Positions 45,590 through 53,314 of a stretch of 53,314 nucleotides of DNA are shown piece after piece. Both the position numbers and the translations under genes were made by a program. Source of the DNA: Dehalococcoidia bacterium (GTDB lineage Bacteria; Chloroflexota; Dehalococcoidia; CAUJGQ01); the NCBI GenBank assembly GCA_038325665.1, contig JBBQJF010000001.1, positions 1 to 53,314 on the forward strand. The letters run 5' to 3'. Position 1 is the first letter of the stretch. The number at the start of each line of letters is the position of its first letter. A model generated the notes under the pieces. It was given only the letters and a program-made list of their open reading frames with translations, made no database searches and was not told the origin of the DNA.

Positions 45590-46540
45590 TCATCGCGGTG
45601 ATCGCGTGGCGCGGCCGGCGCGGAGCGCGGCGCGCTCGGCATCGATTGCTTGGTCAACGAGTCGCAGGTAGCTCTCATAGCGGCCCGCATCAATGGAGCC
45701 CGCCTCGACGGCCGCACGCACGGCGCAGTCCTGTTCCGTTCGGTGCAGGCAGCCCGGCCACCGGCAATCGTCCAGGTACGGCCGCATTTCGGGGTAGCAG
45801 TCGGCCATCTCGTCCGACGGCACATTCCACGGCGCCAGCTCGCGCAGCCCGGGCGTATCGGCCACATGGCCGCCGAACGGCAGCCGGTGCAGCTCGCCCA
45901 CCACGGTCGTGTGCCGTCCCTTCTTCAGCGAGACGCTGACTTCCTTGGTGCGGAGATGCAGATCCGGCACGACCGCGTTGATCAGACTACTCTTGCCCAC
46001 GCCCGATGGTCCGGCGATCAGTGTGAGCCGGCCGGCCAACGCGTCGGGCAGCCACTCCAGGCCGCGGCGCTCCACCGCGCTGACATAATGGACAGTATAT
46101 CCGGCGCGCTCGTAGACGCCGAAGGTCGCGCGGGCCGGGTCCATGCCGGAGAGATCGACCTTGTTCACAATCAGTCGCACGGGCATCTCGCTCGCCTCGG
46201 TGACCACCAAGAACCGGTCCACCGCGCGCAGGTGAGGCTCGGGGTTGGCGGCGGCAAAGACGACGAGCACCTGATCGATGTTGGCGGCGAGCACTTGCTG
46301 ACGCCACGCGCCCTTCGGCCCGGCGGCGCGACGCGAAAAGGTGGAGCGCCGGGGGCCGACTTTTTCGACAAGCCCTTCGCGCTCGCCGGTGGGTTGAATC
46401 TCGACCTGATCGCCGACCACCGGCAGCACCGCCGCCCGCCCTTCTTTCCGTAATGCGCCGCGCAGCCGGCAGCGCCACTCGGCGCCGTCGATCTCCACGG
46501 CGTACCACTCGTTCATCGTCCACAGAACGATGCCGGTCAT
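45590..46540 (-). CDS. rsgA: ribosome small-subunit-dependent GTPase A
   Basis: Circularly permuted GTPase: NKVDL before GPSGVGKSSLINA. C-terminal zinc motif C..PGCLHRTEQDCAV. Confidence 0.9.
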   Translation of the reverse strand: MTGIVLWTMNEWYAVEIDGAEWRCRLRGALRKEGRAAVLPVVGDQVEIQPTGEREGLVEKVGPRRSTFSRRAAGPKGAWRQQVLAANIDQVLVVFAAANPEPHLRAVDRFLVVTEASEMPVRLIVNKVDLSGMDPARATFGVYERAGYTVHYVSAVERRGLEWLPDALAGRLTLIAGPSGVGKSSLINAVVPDLHLRTKEVSVSLKKGRHTTVVGELHRLPFGGHVADTPGLRELAPWNVPSDEMADCYPEMRPYLDDCRWPGCLHRTEQDCAVRAAVEAGSIDAGRYESYLRLVDQAIDAERAALRAGRATRSPR

Positions 46541-46661
46541 GCAGAACCTCCCGCTCGGCGGGCCGTGAGGCGCGGGCCATGGGCAGAGTCACCGGCCGGC
46601 GCGTCAACGCCGGCATCGGTGGTGTTGAGCGTCACCTGCTGCCGAACCGCGCCCGGTCTGC

Positions 46662-47861
46662 TCATTCTCGCCCTCGTTTGCTGATATCGTACTCACGGAT
46701 TGCTGGCACGGTGATGGCGATCACGACCGCCGCCAGCGCCGCGCCGATTCCACCCGTGACGACCGAGAAGGGCGCGCCCTGCCAAGCGGCGACCGCTCCC
46801 GATTCAAGCTGACCGAGCTGTGGCCCGCTCGCGACGAAGATCATGTTCGCCGAGGTCACACGCCCGCGCAGGTCGTCCGGTGTTGAGAGCTGGATAATCG
46901 AGCGGCGCATGACCATGCTCACCGTGTCGGCCACGCCGGCGCCAGCTAGTAGCACGAGCGACAGCCAGAAGTTGCGCGACAGCCCGAACAGGGCCGAGCA
47001 GACTCCGAAGGCGACCACGCTCAGAACCAGCGGCATGCCGGGGCGGCGCGCGCTACCCATCGTCGTCATCACCACCGCGCCGGCTGCTCCCCCGATCGCC
47101 TCGGCCGCGTACAGCCAGCCCAAACCCTGTGCGCCGACATGCAGGATGTCTCGCGCGTACAGCGGCAACAGCGCCACGGCCGACCCGAAGAACATCGCGA
47201 AGAAATCGAGCAGCATCACGGGCAGCGCGATCCGGTGACGGCGCACGAACCGCAGTCCCTCGACGACCGCCGCCCACCCCGGCCGGCGGCCACCGGGTGC
47301 GACCCGCGCCCGGATCAGCAGCAGCGCCGCGATGATCGCCACGTACGCCGCGGCCGAGATGCCGTACACGGCGCCGACGCCGAAACGGGCGATCACGAAC
47401 CCGCCCACGGCTGGCCCGGCGAGTGATGCTACCTGTGACCCGGTAATATCCCACGCGAAAGCGTTCATCAGGTGCTCGCGCGGCACAAGTCCGGGGACAA
47501 TTGCCTGACGGGCGGGGCTGTCCAATGCCTGCGCCGCCGCCGAGATGAACACGAGAAGGTAAATGAGCGACGGGGTGACGACCCCGGCGATGGTTGCGCC
47601 CGTCAGCCCGAGCGCACTCAGCATGAGCACCGGCTGCGTCAGCAACAATAGCCGGCGGCGGTCCATCGCGTCGGCCAGCGTGCCGCCGGCCAACGAGAAC
47701 GCGATTGCCGGCCCGGCGCGGGACAAGCCGATGAGTCCGAGCGAGAGCGGCGAGTCCGTGAGCTGCAACACATGCCAGCCGAGGGCGACGAGCTGCATCT
47801 GCGCGCCGAACGATGAGATGATGCGCCCCGCCCACAGCAGGCGAAAGTCACGGTGCTGCAT
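46662..47861 (-). CDS. MFS transporter
   Basis: RDFRLLWAGRIISSFG N-terminus and ~12 TM helices. The ORF stays open upstream to 48164, so an alternative earlier start cannot be excluded. Confidence 0.8.
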   Translation of the reverse strand: MQHRDFRLLWAGRIISSFGAQMQLVALGWHVLQLTDSPLSLGLIGLSRAGPAIAFSLAGGTLADAMDRRRLLLLTQPVLMLSALGLTGATIAGVVTPSLIYLLVFISAAAQALDSPARQAIVPGLVPREHLMNAFAWDITGSQVASLAGPAVGGFVIARFGVGAVYGISAAAYVAIIAALLLIRARVAPGGRRPGWAAVVEGLRFVRRHRIALPVMLLDFFAMFFGSAVALLPLYARDILHVGAQGLGWLYAAEAIGGAAGAVVMTTMGSARRPGMPLVLSVVAFGVCSALFGLSRNFWLSLVLLAGAGVADTVSMVMRRSIIQLSTPDDLRGRVTSANMIFVASGPQLGQLESGAVAAWQGAPFSVVTGGIGAALAAVVIAITVPAIREYDISKRGRE

Positions 47862-48194
47862 CGCGAGCAACGCCCGCGGACCGCCGAACGCCGGTGCGGC
47901 GGGCGCCAGCGCGGTGCGGGATTTCAGCGACAGATCGGGGTCATCAATTGTCAAGTGCGGCACGACTCCACTGCACGGCGGGAGGACGGGGGCCGGCGCG
48001 GCGCCGGCCACCAGCGGACGTTCCGTGATGGTAGCAGAGACAGCCGCGGACAGGCTTCGCTCGTGCACCTGGGGTGTGACCGGTTCGTGTAACGCGCGGA
48101 TACACGCGTGCGAGTGTGTGGGCCAGGCTAAACCGGCCGTACAGCAATCGGACGCACTTTCCACTTATCGCGGATGCGTGCCCTCGGCTTAGGG

Positions 48195-48674
48195 TTAGAG
48201 CGGCCGGGTGGCGCCGGGAATCTCGATCTTGCCTTCACGGGCGGCATCGAGCCGCTTCGGGAGATTATCGCGATATTCGCCCTGCCATTCCATCAGTTGC
48301 CAGAGAACGCCGAGGCCGCTCTTTGGGTGGAGCAGCGCCTCGTGCCGCACGTCGCCATCGAGCTGCGGATTAACGGTCCGCAACTCCTTATCGCTTAAGT
48401 GCTCGATGCTCTTCTCGATGTTGTCGACATCCATCCCGATGTGATGAATCCCCTCGCCATGGCGGCGGAGAAACTCGGCGAACGGACCACGCTCGCTTAG
48501 CGGATGTTCGAGCGTGACGGTGATGTTCCCCCAGGTGAACGTCGCGGATTCCAGTTCGGTCGCCTCATTGCTCTTCCGAAGCTGCAACACCGCGCCCATC
48601 GCCTCCATGGTACGGACAGCGGTGTCCATGTCTCGCACACAGATCGCCAGGTGGTCAATGCGCAGTACGTTCAT
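48195..48674 (-). CDS. VOC-family protein (glyoxalase / methylmalonyl-CoA epimerase-like)
   Basis: RIDHLAICVRDMDTAV and GEGIHHIGMDVDNI paired beta-alpha-beta-beta-beta motifs. Confidence 0.75.
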   Translation of the reverse strand: MNVLRIDHLAICVRDMDTAVRTMEAMGAVLQLRKSNEATELESATFTWGNITVTLEHPLSERGPFAEFLRRHGEGIHHIGMDVDNIEKSIEHLSDKELRTVNPQLDGDVRHEALLHPKSGLGVLWQLMEWQGEYRDNLPKRLDAAREGKIEIPGATRPL

Positions 48675-48757
48675 CGGTCCTCCGTCCGCCTTACCTCATG
48701 AGCCAGCCGGCGCCGGCCCGCTCCCGTCGCTACATTGTGCTCCCCGCTCCCCGCTCC

Positions 48758-49744
48758 CTACGGTCCCCCCACGCCTTGCAGACCCGGCGGCAGCGGCTGA
48801 TCCCGCGAATCGGCGCTATAGGTCGTGCCGGCGCCGGGCAGATCGAGCGCGTCGTGGTACAGTACAACCCGCCCGCCGTCGTCCGGCCACACATCAGCGC
48901 CGCCAACGCTCGGCAGGCCACAGGCTGACTCGGCGCCCGCGGTGGCGCCGGTGTACACGCGACAGGCGCGGCCGGCGGTCATCACAAGGTTGTTGGGAAA
49001 GCGGAACACCGCGGCGCGGACGGGCGACCGCAGCGACCAGCCGGTCATATCCTGGTCGCCGCCGCCGAGGTTAGTGATCTCGACGTATTCGTCCGCCTGC
49101 CCTGGCGCCGCGCCAATGAACCGAACGCGCGTCACCTGGAGATACGGCGCGCCGAGGAACCGAGCGATCAGGCTGATCACGCGCGGGTCGCTGGCGCGGA
49201 TGCGAAACACAACCGTTTCATTGAACACCGCGTCCGGATCGGTGATACCGCGCGCCCTCCAGGCGTCAGGGCGTCCGTTCCACAGCGCCTCGCGCGTGGC
49301 GTCGCACTGGCGCTGTCCCGGCTCGGGGATGCAGGGACGCACCTCGTCCATGTTCAGCGCGGCGATCTCGAATCCGCCCGCGATCCCGCGCGCCGTCAGT
49401 TCCAGCCGCTCGTAGCCGCCGGTGCGAAAAGCGGCCGTCTGAGTGGCGGGCAGTCCCGCGATGCGGAAGGTGACGGGCACGCCGCTGGCTCCACACCCCG
49501 GTGTGGACGCCGATGAGTCCACATCCACCACGTAGTTCCCCTGGCCGCTGGTCTGCCCGGCGCCGCACACCTTCCCCGCGATCAGGCCCTCGACGCGTGT
49601 GCCGGCAGAGGGCGGCGCGTCGTTGAGGGTGACCCGGCCGAAAAAGCGGTGCGGCGGCAGGCGCTGCGCGCGGACTCCAATCGTGAAAGCGGACGCCAGA
49701 CCGAACAGCGCCGCCAGCGCGATGACTATCGAGAAGCGTCGCAT
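48758..49744 (-). CDS. secreted protein: two-Cys N-domain, conserved middle region, C-terminal lamin-tail domain (LTD)
   Basis: Signal peptide IVIALAALFGLASA. LTD motif is DEYVEITNLGGGDQDMTGWSLRS...VWPDDGGRVVLY. Paralogue of 49770-50765. Confidence 0.8.
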   Translation of the reverse strand: MRRFSIVIALAALFGLASAFTIGVRAQRLPPHRFFGRVTLNDAPPSAGTRVEGLIAGKVCGAGQTSGQGNYVVDVDSSASTPGCGASGVPVTFRIAGLPATQTAAFRTGGYERLELTARGIAGGFEIAALNMDEVRPCIPEPGQRQCDATREALWNGRPDAWRARGITDPDAVFNETVVFRIRASDPRVISLIARFLGAPYLQVTRVRFIGAAPGQADEYVEITNLGGGDQDMTGWSLRSPVRAAVFRFPNNLVMTAGRACRVYTGATAGAESACGLPSVGGADVWPDDGGRVVLYHDALDLPGAGTTYSADSRDQPLPPGLQGVGGP

Positions 49745-49769
49745 GTACGATCCCTTGCCCATGGGGCGC

Positions 49770-50765
49770 TTACGCCGGCTCCACGCCCTGGAGATTGGGC
49801 GGCGGCGGTTGGTTGTTCGGATCGGCGTTATACTGGGTCTCGTCGCCGGGAAGGGCGAGCGCGTCGAAGAACAGCACGACGGTGCCGCCCTCATCCGGCC
49901 AGACATCGGGGGTGTTGAAGGTCATGCCGCCGCACGAGTTCGCGCCCGCGACGCCGCTGTACACGCGACAGGTCTGCTCCGGCACCAGCACGAAGTTAGC
50001 CGGGAATGGCAGTGTCAGATTGCGCCCCGGCGAGCGCACCGTCCACCCGGTCATGTCTTGCACGCCGGTGCCGTAGTTGCTGATCTCGATAAACTCCTCT
50101 GATGCGCCGGGCGTCGCACTGGTGTAGCGCAGCCGCGTGATCTTCAGGTATGGCTGACTGCCGATAAACGGCAGGATATTGCGAATCGCCAGCGGGTCGC
50201 CCGCGCGGATACGCAGCACCACCGTCTCGTTGAAGACAGCATCCGGGTCGGTGACACCGCGTTGCGCCCATGCCTCGGGCCGCCCGTTCCACAGGGCGAG
50301 CCGCGTGGCGTCGCATTGGCGCTGGCTGACCTCGGGAATACAGGGGCGGTCCTCGGCCGTGCTGAGGGCGGACTCGCGGAACCGGCGCGCGGGCGCGGGC
50401 GCCGCCGGCGCGGTCAGGTTCAACTCGGTGAAGTTGCCGCGCCGGTAGGGAGCCGATTCGGCGGCGGGCACATCCGCGATCCGGAATGTGATCGTCGTCT
50501 CCGGTGCGCCGCACCCGGGAACCGTGGACGCGTCGGTGACATCGACCCGGTACCGGCCGGCCTCGTCGACCTGTCCAAGGCCGCACTGGCGATCGCCGAT
50601 GACGGCCGTGACTTGCGTGCCGGCGGCTGGACGCTGGCCGTTGAGCGTGGCATTGCCGAAGAAGCGGTTCGGGGGTTGCGGAATCTGTGCCGCGGCGGGG
50701 CCGGCGATCGCCGGGAGCATGGTTAATGCCGGGAGCAGCGCCAGGATATAGCGTGAAAGGCGCAC
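49770..50765 (-). CDS. secreted protein: two-Cys N-domain, conserved middle region, C-terminal lamin-tail domain (LTD)
   Basis: GTG start with GGAGG 7 nt upstream. Signal peptide ILALLPALTMLPAIAGPAAA. LTD motif is EEFIEISNYGTGVQDMTGWTVRS...VWPDEGGTVVLF. Confidence 0.8.
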   Translation of the reverse strand: MRLSRYILALLPALTMLPAIAGPAAAQIPQPPNRFFGNATLNGQRPAAGTQVTAVIGDRQCGLGQVDEAGRYRVDVTDASTVPGCGAPETTITFRIADVPAAESAPYRRGNFTELNLTAPAAPAPARRFRESALSTAEDRPCIPEVSQRQCDATRLALWNGRPEAWAQRGVTDPDAVFNETVVLRIRAGDPLAIRNILPFIGSQPYLKITRLRYTSATPGASEEFIEISNYGTGVQDMTGWTVRSPGRNLTLPFPANFVLVPEQTCRVYSGVAGANSCGGMTFNTPDVWPDEGGTVVLFFDALALPGDETQYNADPNNQPPPPNLQGVEPA

Positions 50766-50826
50766 GGAACTACCTCCGAATGAAATGTCGGCGGGGTACG
50801 AGCGGGGCGCCTGGGTCGGACGATAT

Positions 50827-51801
50827 TCAGCGCACCGAGCGGGCGATGCGTAGAAGGCCCTCGACATCAAGGGTGTCAGCCGCGCCGGTCACGAGCACGA
50901 GCAGATCGTCTCGCGCGAATATCAGTGTACGGCCACGGTCGGTACGCCAAGTGGCGGGCGCGGACTGTTCACCGTCGGGGCCGCGCACTTCCCACTCACC
51001 ATCAATGTAGAATCCGGGAAGTGTGCCCACCTGCACGGGGTAGACGTGCCGCTCCTTGACCTGGAAGACGGTGGAGCGGTCAGGGCGCAGCACCTCAACG
51101 ACGATACCGGCCCGATTGCCTTTCTGATCGGCAAAGTACTTCGTGGTGGCCGACGGGGTGAGAAAAAGTTCCCATCGATTCGCGTCGAATCCCTCGGGCA
51201 ACCACATTGGCTCTGGCGCTTTGACGCTCGGCTCCAACACGCGCTCGCTCGGAGGCGATGCCCCCAGCCGTGTCGCGACCGGGTAGCCGACGACCAGATT
51301 CGTCGTGGATGCCGGCGCTTGCAAGGCCGCGACTTCGCGCACCCGAATCCGATCCTTGTTCGCCCGCGCGGCGGGTTGCGTGTCGAGCGACGCTTCGACC
51401 AACAATTCGCTGTTGCCCGGCGCGCGCAACTGGATCAGCGCGAGTCCCAGGACGAGTCCGAGTACGGCGGCGCTCAAGGGACCGGCGGAGAAATGCACGC
51501 CGCGCGTCCATCGCGACGGGGGTAATGAACGGAAACCCGCCGCTACCGACTCCGGGTCGCCGAACTGTTCCGCCAGGGACTCGAGCGCCTCGACCGGCTC
51601 AAGACCCTGCGTCAGCAGGTCCGCGAAGCAGTCCTCGACGTAGCCCGCGAGTTCGCGGCGCGTCCGGACGCGTTGCCACCGGGGCAGGCCGGCGACCGCG
51701 CGGTCGAGTAGGAGATCGAGGTCCACAGGCGTATCCGCCTGCTCCGATCCTGCCCGCGTCGTGACCGCATTGATGGATCCGCTACCCGGCAGATCGCTCA
51801 T
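50827..51801 (-). CDS. PadR-associated single-pass membrane protein (DUF1700/HAAS-like N-terminus, DUF4367-like extracytoplasmic C-terminus)
   Basis: ATGA overlap with the PadR stop codon. Helical N-terminal region, TM at aa ~106-124, and a C-terminal domain ending LDVEGLLRIARSV. Confidence 0.65.
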   Translation of the reverse strand: MSDLPGSGSINAVTTRAGSEQADTPVDLDLLLDRAVAGLPRWQRVRTRRELAGYVEDCFADLLTQGLEPVEALESLAEQFGDPESVAAGFRSLPPSRWTRGVHFSAGPLSAAVLGLVLGLALIQLRAPGNSELLVEASLDTQPAARANKDRIRVREVAALQAPASTTNLVVGYPVATRLGASPPSERVLEPSVKAPEPMWLPEGFDANRWELFLTPSATTKYFADQKGNRAGIVVEVLRPDRSTVFQVKERHVYPVQVGTLPGFYIDGEWEVRGPDGEQSAPATWRTDRGRTLIFARDDLLVLVTGAADTLDVEGLLRIARSVR

Positions 51802-52127
51802 CCAATCACTCCCAGGACACGTTCTACCGCGTGAACATGGCGGCGCCACTCTTCCTGGCGCTCATCCAACGTGGCCTCGCCCTTTGGCGTGAGACGATAA
51901 TAGCGCCGGTCGCGCCCGGACACCCCGCCCCATTCGGCGGCGAGCATGCCGTCGCGCTCCAAGCGGTGCAGCAGCGGATAGAGGCTGCCCTCGCCGACGC
52001 GGAGATGGCCGGCGCTGCGTGCACGAATCTCCTTGATCAGGTCGTAGCCATGCAGCGAGCGCTCGCGTAGCAGCGAGAGCACCAACAACTCCGTCGATCC
52101 TTTGACAAGTTCACTCGCGAACGGCAT
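51798..52127 (-). CDS. PadR-family transcriptional regulator
   Basis: LLVLSLLRERSLHGYDLIKEI...GSLYPLLHRLERDGML...RRYYRLTPKG. GGAGG RBS. Confidence 0.9.
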   Translation of the reverse strand: MPFASELVKGSTELLVLSLLRERSLHGYDLIKEIRARSAGHLRVGEGSLYPLLHRLERDGMLAAEWGGVSGRDRRYYRLTPKGEATLDERQEEWRRHVHAVERVLGVIG

Positions 52128-52234
52128 AGAATCCTCCGGCGCGGGAAGGGGGGCGGAGACACAAAGTCGTCGCCGCCCCGCGCACACTCTCATCTTGCGC
52201 CGGGAACCGGTCGTTCGGCAACCCGGCTAGGTGA

Positions 52235-52960
52235 CTACTCAATCCCGAATATCATCTCCACTGACACATTAATCGTCAGTTCACCCGGCGAGACCTGTGC
52301 GCCGGCCGGCGCCGCCGCGAACGAGGCTGCCACCGCGGCCTCGCGCACCGGCGATGGAGGTGGCGCCGATGTCTCCTGTATGTAAGATATCCTGCCCAGA
52401 CGTACACCGGCACGCGCGGCCATCTCTTCAGCGTTCGTCCGCGCATTCTGGATTGCCTGTGCCCGCGCCTGCCTGGCGAGGGCATCGGTATCCTCAATGG
52501 AGAAGCTGATGCCTTGCATCAGAACATCGTTGCCCAGCTCCGTCACCGCGTTGTCGACGGTGCGACCAATGCGACTGAAGTCCCGAATCTTGACCGAGAG
52601 TGTGTGGACGGCGCGCCAGCCGACCACGGGGGGCGGGTTGTTGCTGTCGCCGCGACCAAACTCTGGATTGAGATTGAACTGACGGGTCTGGATGTCGCTG
52701 TCACTCACGCCGCTTGCCTTGAGACTCTCGGTCAACCCGGCGACGAGAGACTCCGCGCGCTCGAACGCTGCCCCGGCAGTGTCCCGACGCACTGATGCGC
52801 CGATGCTGAGCAGGGCGATATCGGGCCGAGCGCTGACCACACCTTGTCCTCGGACACGGATGCCCGTGGGCTGGTCGTCAGCCCGCGCGGGGCGGGCAGC
52901 GTTGCCGCCGGCGAGTACCAGCGCCGCCAGCGCGACGCCCAAAATTCGATATCGATTCAT
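52235..52960 (-). CDS. SIMPL-domain (DUF541) periplasmic protein
   Basis: Signal peptide. GIRVRGQGVVSARPDIALLSIG, ...ARAQAIQNARTNAEEMA... and PGELTINVSVEM. Confidence 0.8.
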   Translation of the reverse strand: MNRYRILGVALAALVLAGGNAARPARADDQPTGIRVRGQGVVSARPDIALLSIGASVRRDTAGAAFERAESLVAGLTESLKASGVSDSDIQTRQFNLNPEFGRGDSNNPPPVVGWRAVHTLSVKIRDFSRIGRTVDNAVTELGNDVLMQGISFSIEDTDALARQARAQAIQNARTNAEEMAARAGVRLGRISYIQETSAPPPSPVREAAVAASFAAAPAGAQVSPGELTINVSVEMIFGIE

Positions 52961-53148
52961 GCCTGTCTCCTTTGGGAGATGGGTGTTGGGAACGCCGCCG
53001 CCTCTTTTGGGGCTGCTGGCGTCTCCGCGCGAACCCCCGGTCTGCTTCCCCCTCGCGGGTCCGTCCTGGCATGGCCGGGGTGAAGGGGCTCGGGGAATGG
53101 TGGCGCCCGTGGCGGCATGAGACGCTCCAACCTGCCCGCCGTAACGAC

Positions 53149-53185
53149 GTTGAAGGTTGGAGGACGTAGACCACCAACCTTCAAC
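53149..53185 (-). terminator. hairpin downstream of the partial minus-strand ORF
   Basis: Perfect 12-bp stem GTTGAAGGTTGG (53149-53160) / CCAACCTTCAAC (53174-53185) with a 13-nt loop. There is no clear U-tract, so its terminator role is tentative. Confidence 0.35.
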
Positions 53186-53225
53186 AACGTGTTCGCCCGC
53201 GTGGCGTTACAGGAAAGGGTCTCGC

Positions 53226-53314
53226 CTACCGACGGCGACGGGCTGCCACACCGGCGCTACCCGCGAGCGCCATCAGTGCCGCGAAGCCGCCGAGCAGCCA
53301 CATCGTGCCAGCCT
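53226..53314 (-). CDS. 3' end of a gene truncated by the window edge; hydrophobic helix plus an Arg-rich tail
   Basis: Translation is ...GTMWLLGGFAALMALAGSAGVAARRRR, with TAG at 53226-53228. Only 29 codons are visible. Confidence 0.3.
   Translation of the reverse strand, partial: AGTMWLLGGFAALMALAGSAGVAARRRR

Noticed and set aside
47862-48164. 101-codon N-terminal extension of the MFS transporter ORF. The same issue applies to the extensions of ORFs 41916..43238, 43898..45448, 28188..29198 and 8267..9019.
   Set aside because: The extensions are Arg/Pro/Ala-rich, overlap neighbouring genes or repeats, and sit upstream of internal starts that have good RBSs and typical family N-termini. For the MFS gene an alternative upstream non-ATG start cannot be fully excluded.

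Overview
53.3-kb bacterial chromosomal segment, visibly high in G+C, with dense coding, strong GC3 bias and many long antisense shadow ORFs. I can support about 55 protein-coding genes or gene remnants. I recognised no rRNA, tRNA, CRISPR array, transposase or integrase.

The backbone is ordinary metabolism and housekeeping:
- a frameshifted acyl-CoA dehydrogenase, transketolase, rdgB-moaA-moaC, folC, fabF, galE and an amidohydrolase
- a 1482-aa hybrid histidine kinase (Cache-like sensor, HAMP, 2xPAS, GAF, HisKA, HATPase, 2xREC, Hpt)
- three SDRs, an enoyl-CoA hydratase, a prepilin peptidase and two family-III CoA-transferases
- a SpeH-like pyruvoyl decarboxylase next to an agmatinase
- a P-type ATPase, an M50/CBS protease, a sugar ABC importer (binding protein plus two permeases), rsgA, an MFS transporter and a VOC protein

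Accessory or odd content is small and scattered:
1. A lower-GC islet (about 1400-2900) encodes a 339-aa protein whose PIN-like catalytic motifs are split by a ~220-aa insertion.
2. A 715-bp lower-GC insert is bracketed by a 56-nt duplication of the galE 3' end. It carries two coupled small genes, and a decayed RelE/antitoxin pair sits next to it.
3. A small-ORF/nucleotidyltransferase pair, and vapBC-like debris between the two CoA-transferase paralogues.
4. A PadR / PadR-associated membrane protein unit lies upstream of two tandem secreted lamin-tail-domain paralogues. A third gene elsewhere shares their N-terminal domain.
5. Candidate RNA elements: an orphan structured RNA with a strong terminator, a yybP-ykoY-like leader, and a speH leader attenuator.
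6. Several families of intergenic repeats.
7. Several gene lesions: two 1-nt frameshifts, an 11-bp tandem duplication plus a stop codon, and DKTDT in place of DKTGT in the ATPase.

I see no complete, clearly novel multi-gene system. The PadR/LTD cluster, the galE-end insertion and the split PIN-like gene are the best candidates for something undescribed. All family calls come from reading motifs by eye, with no database search.
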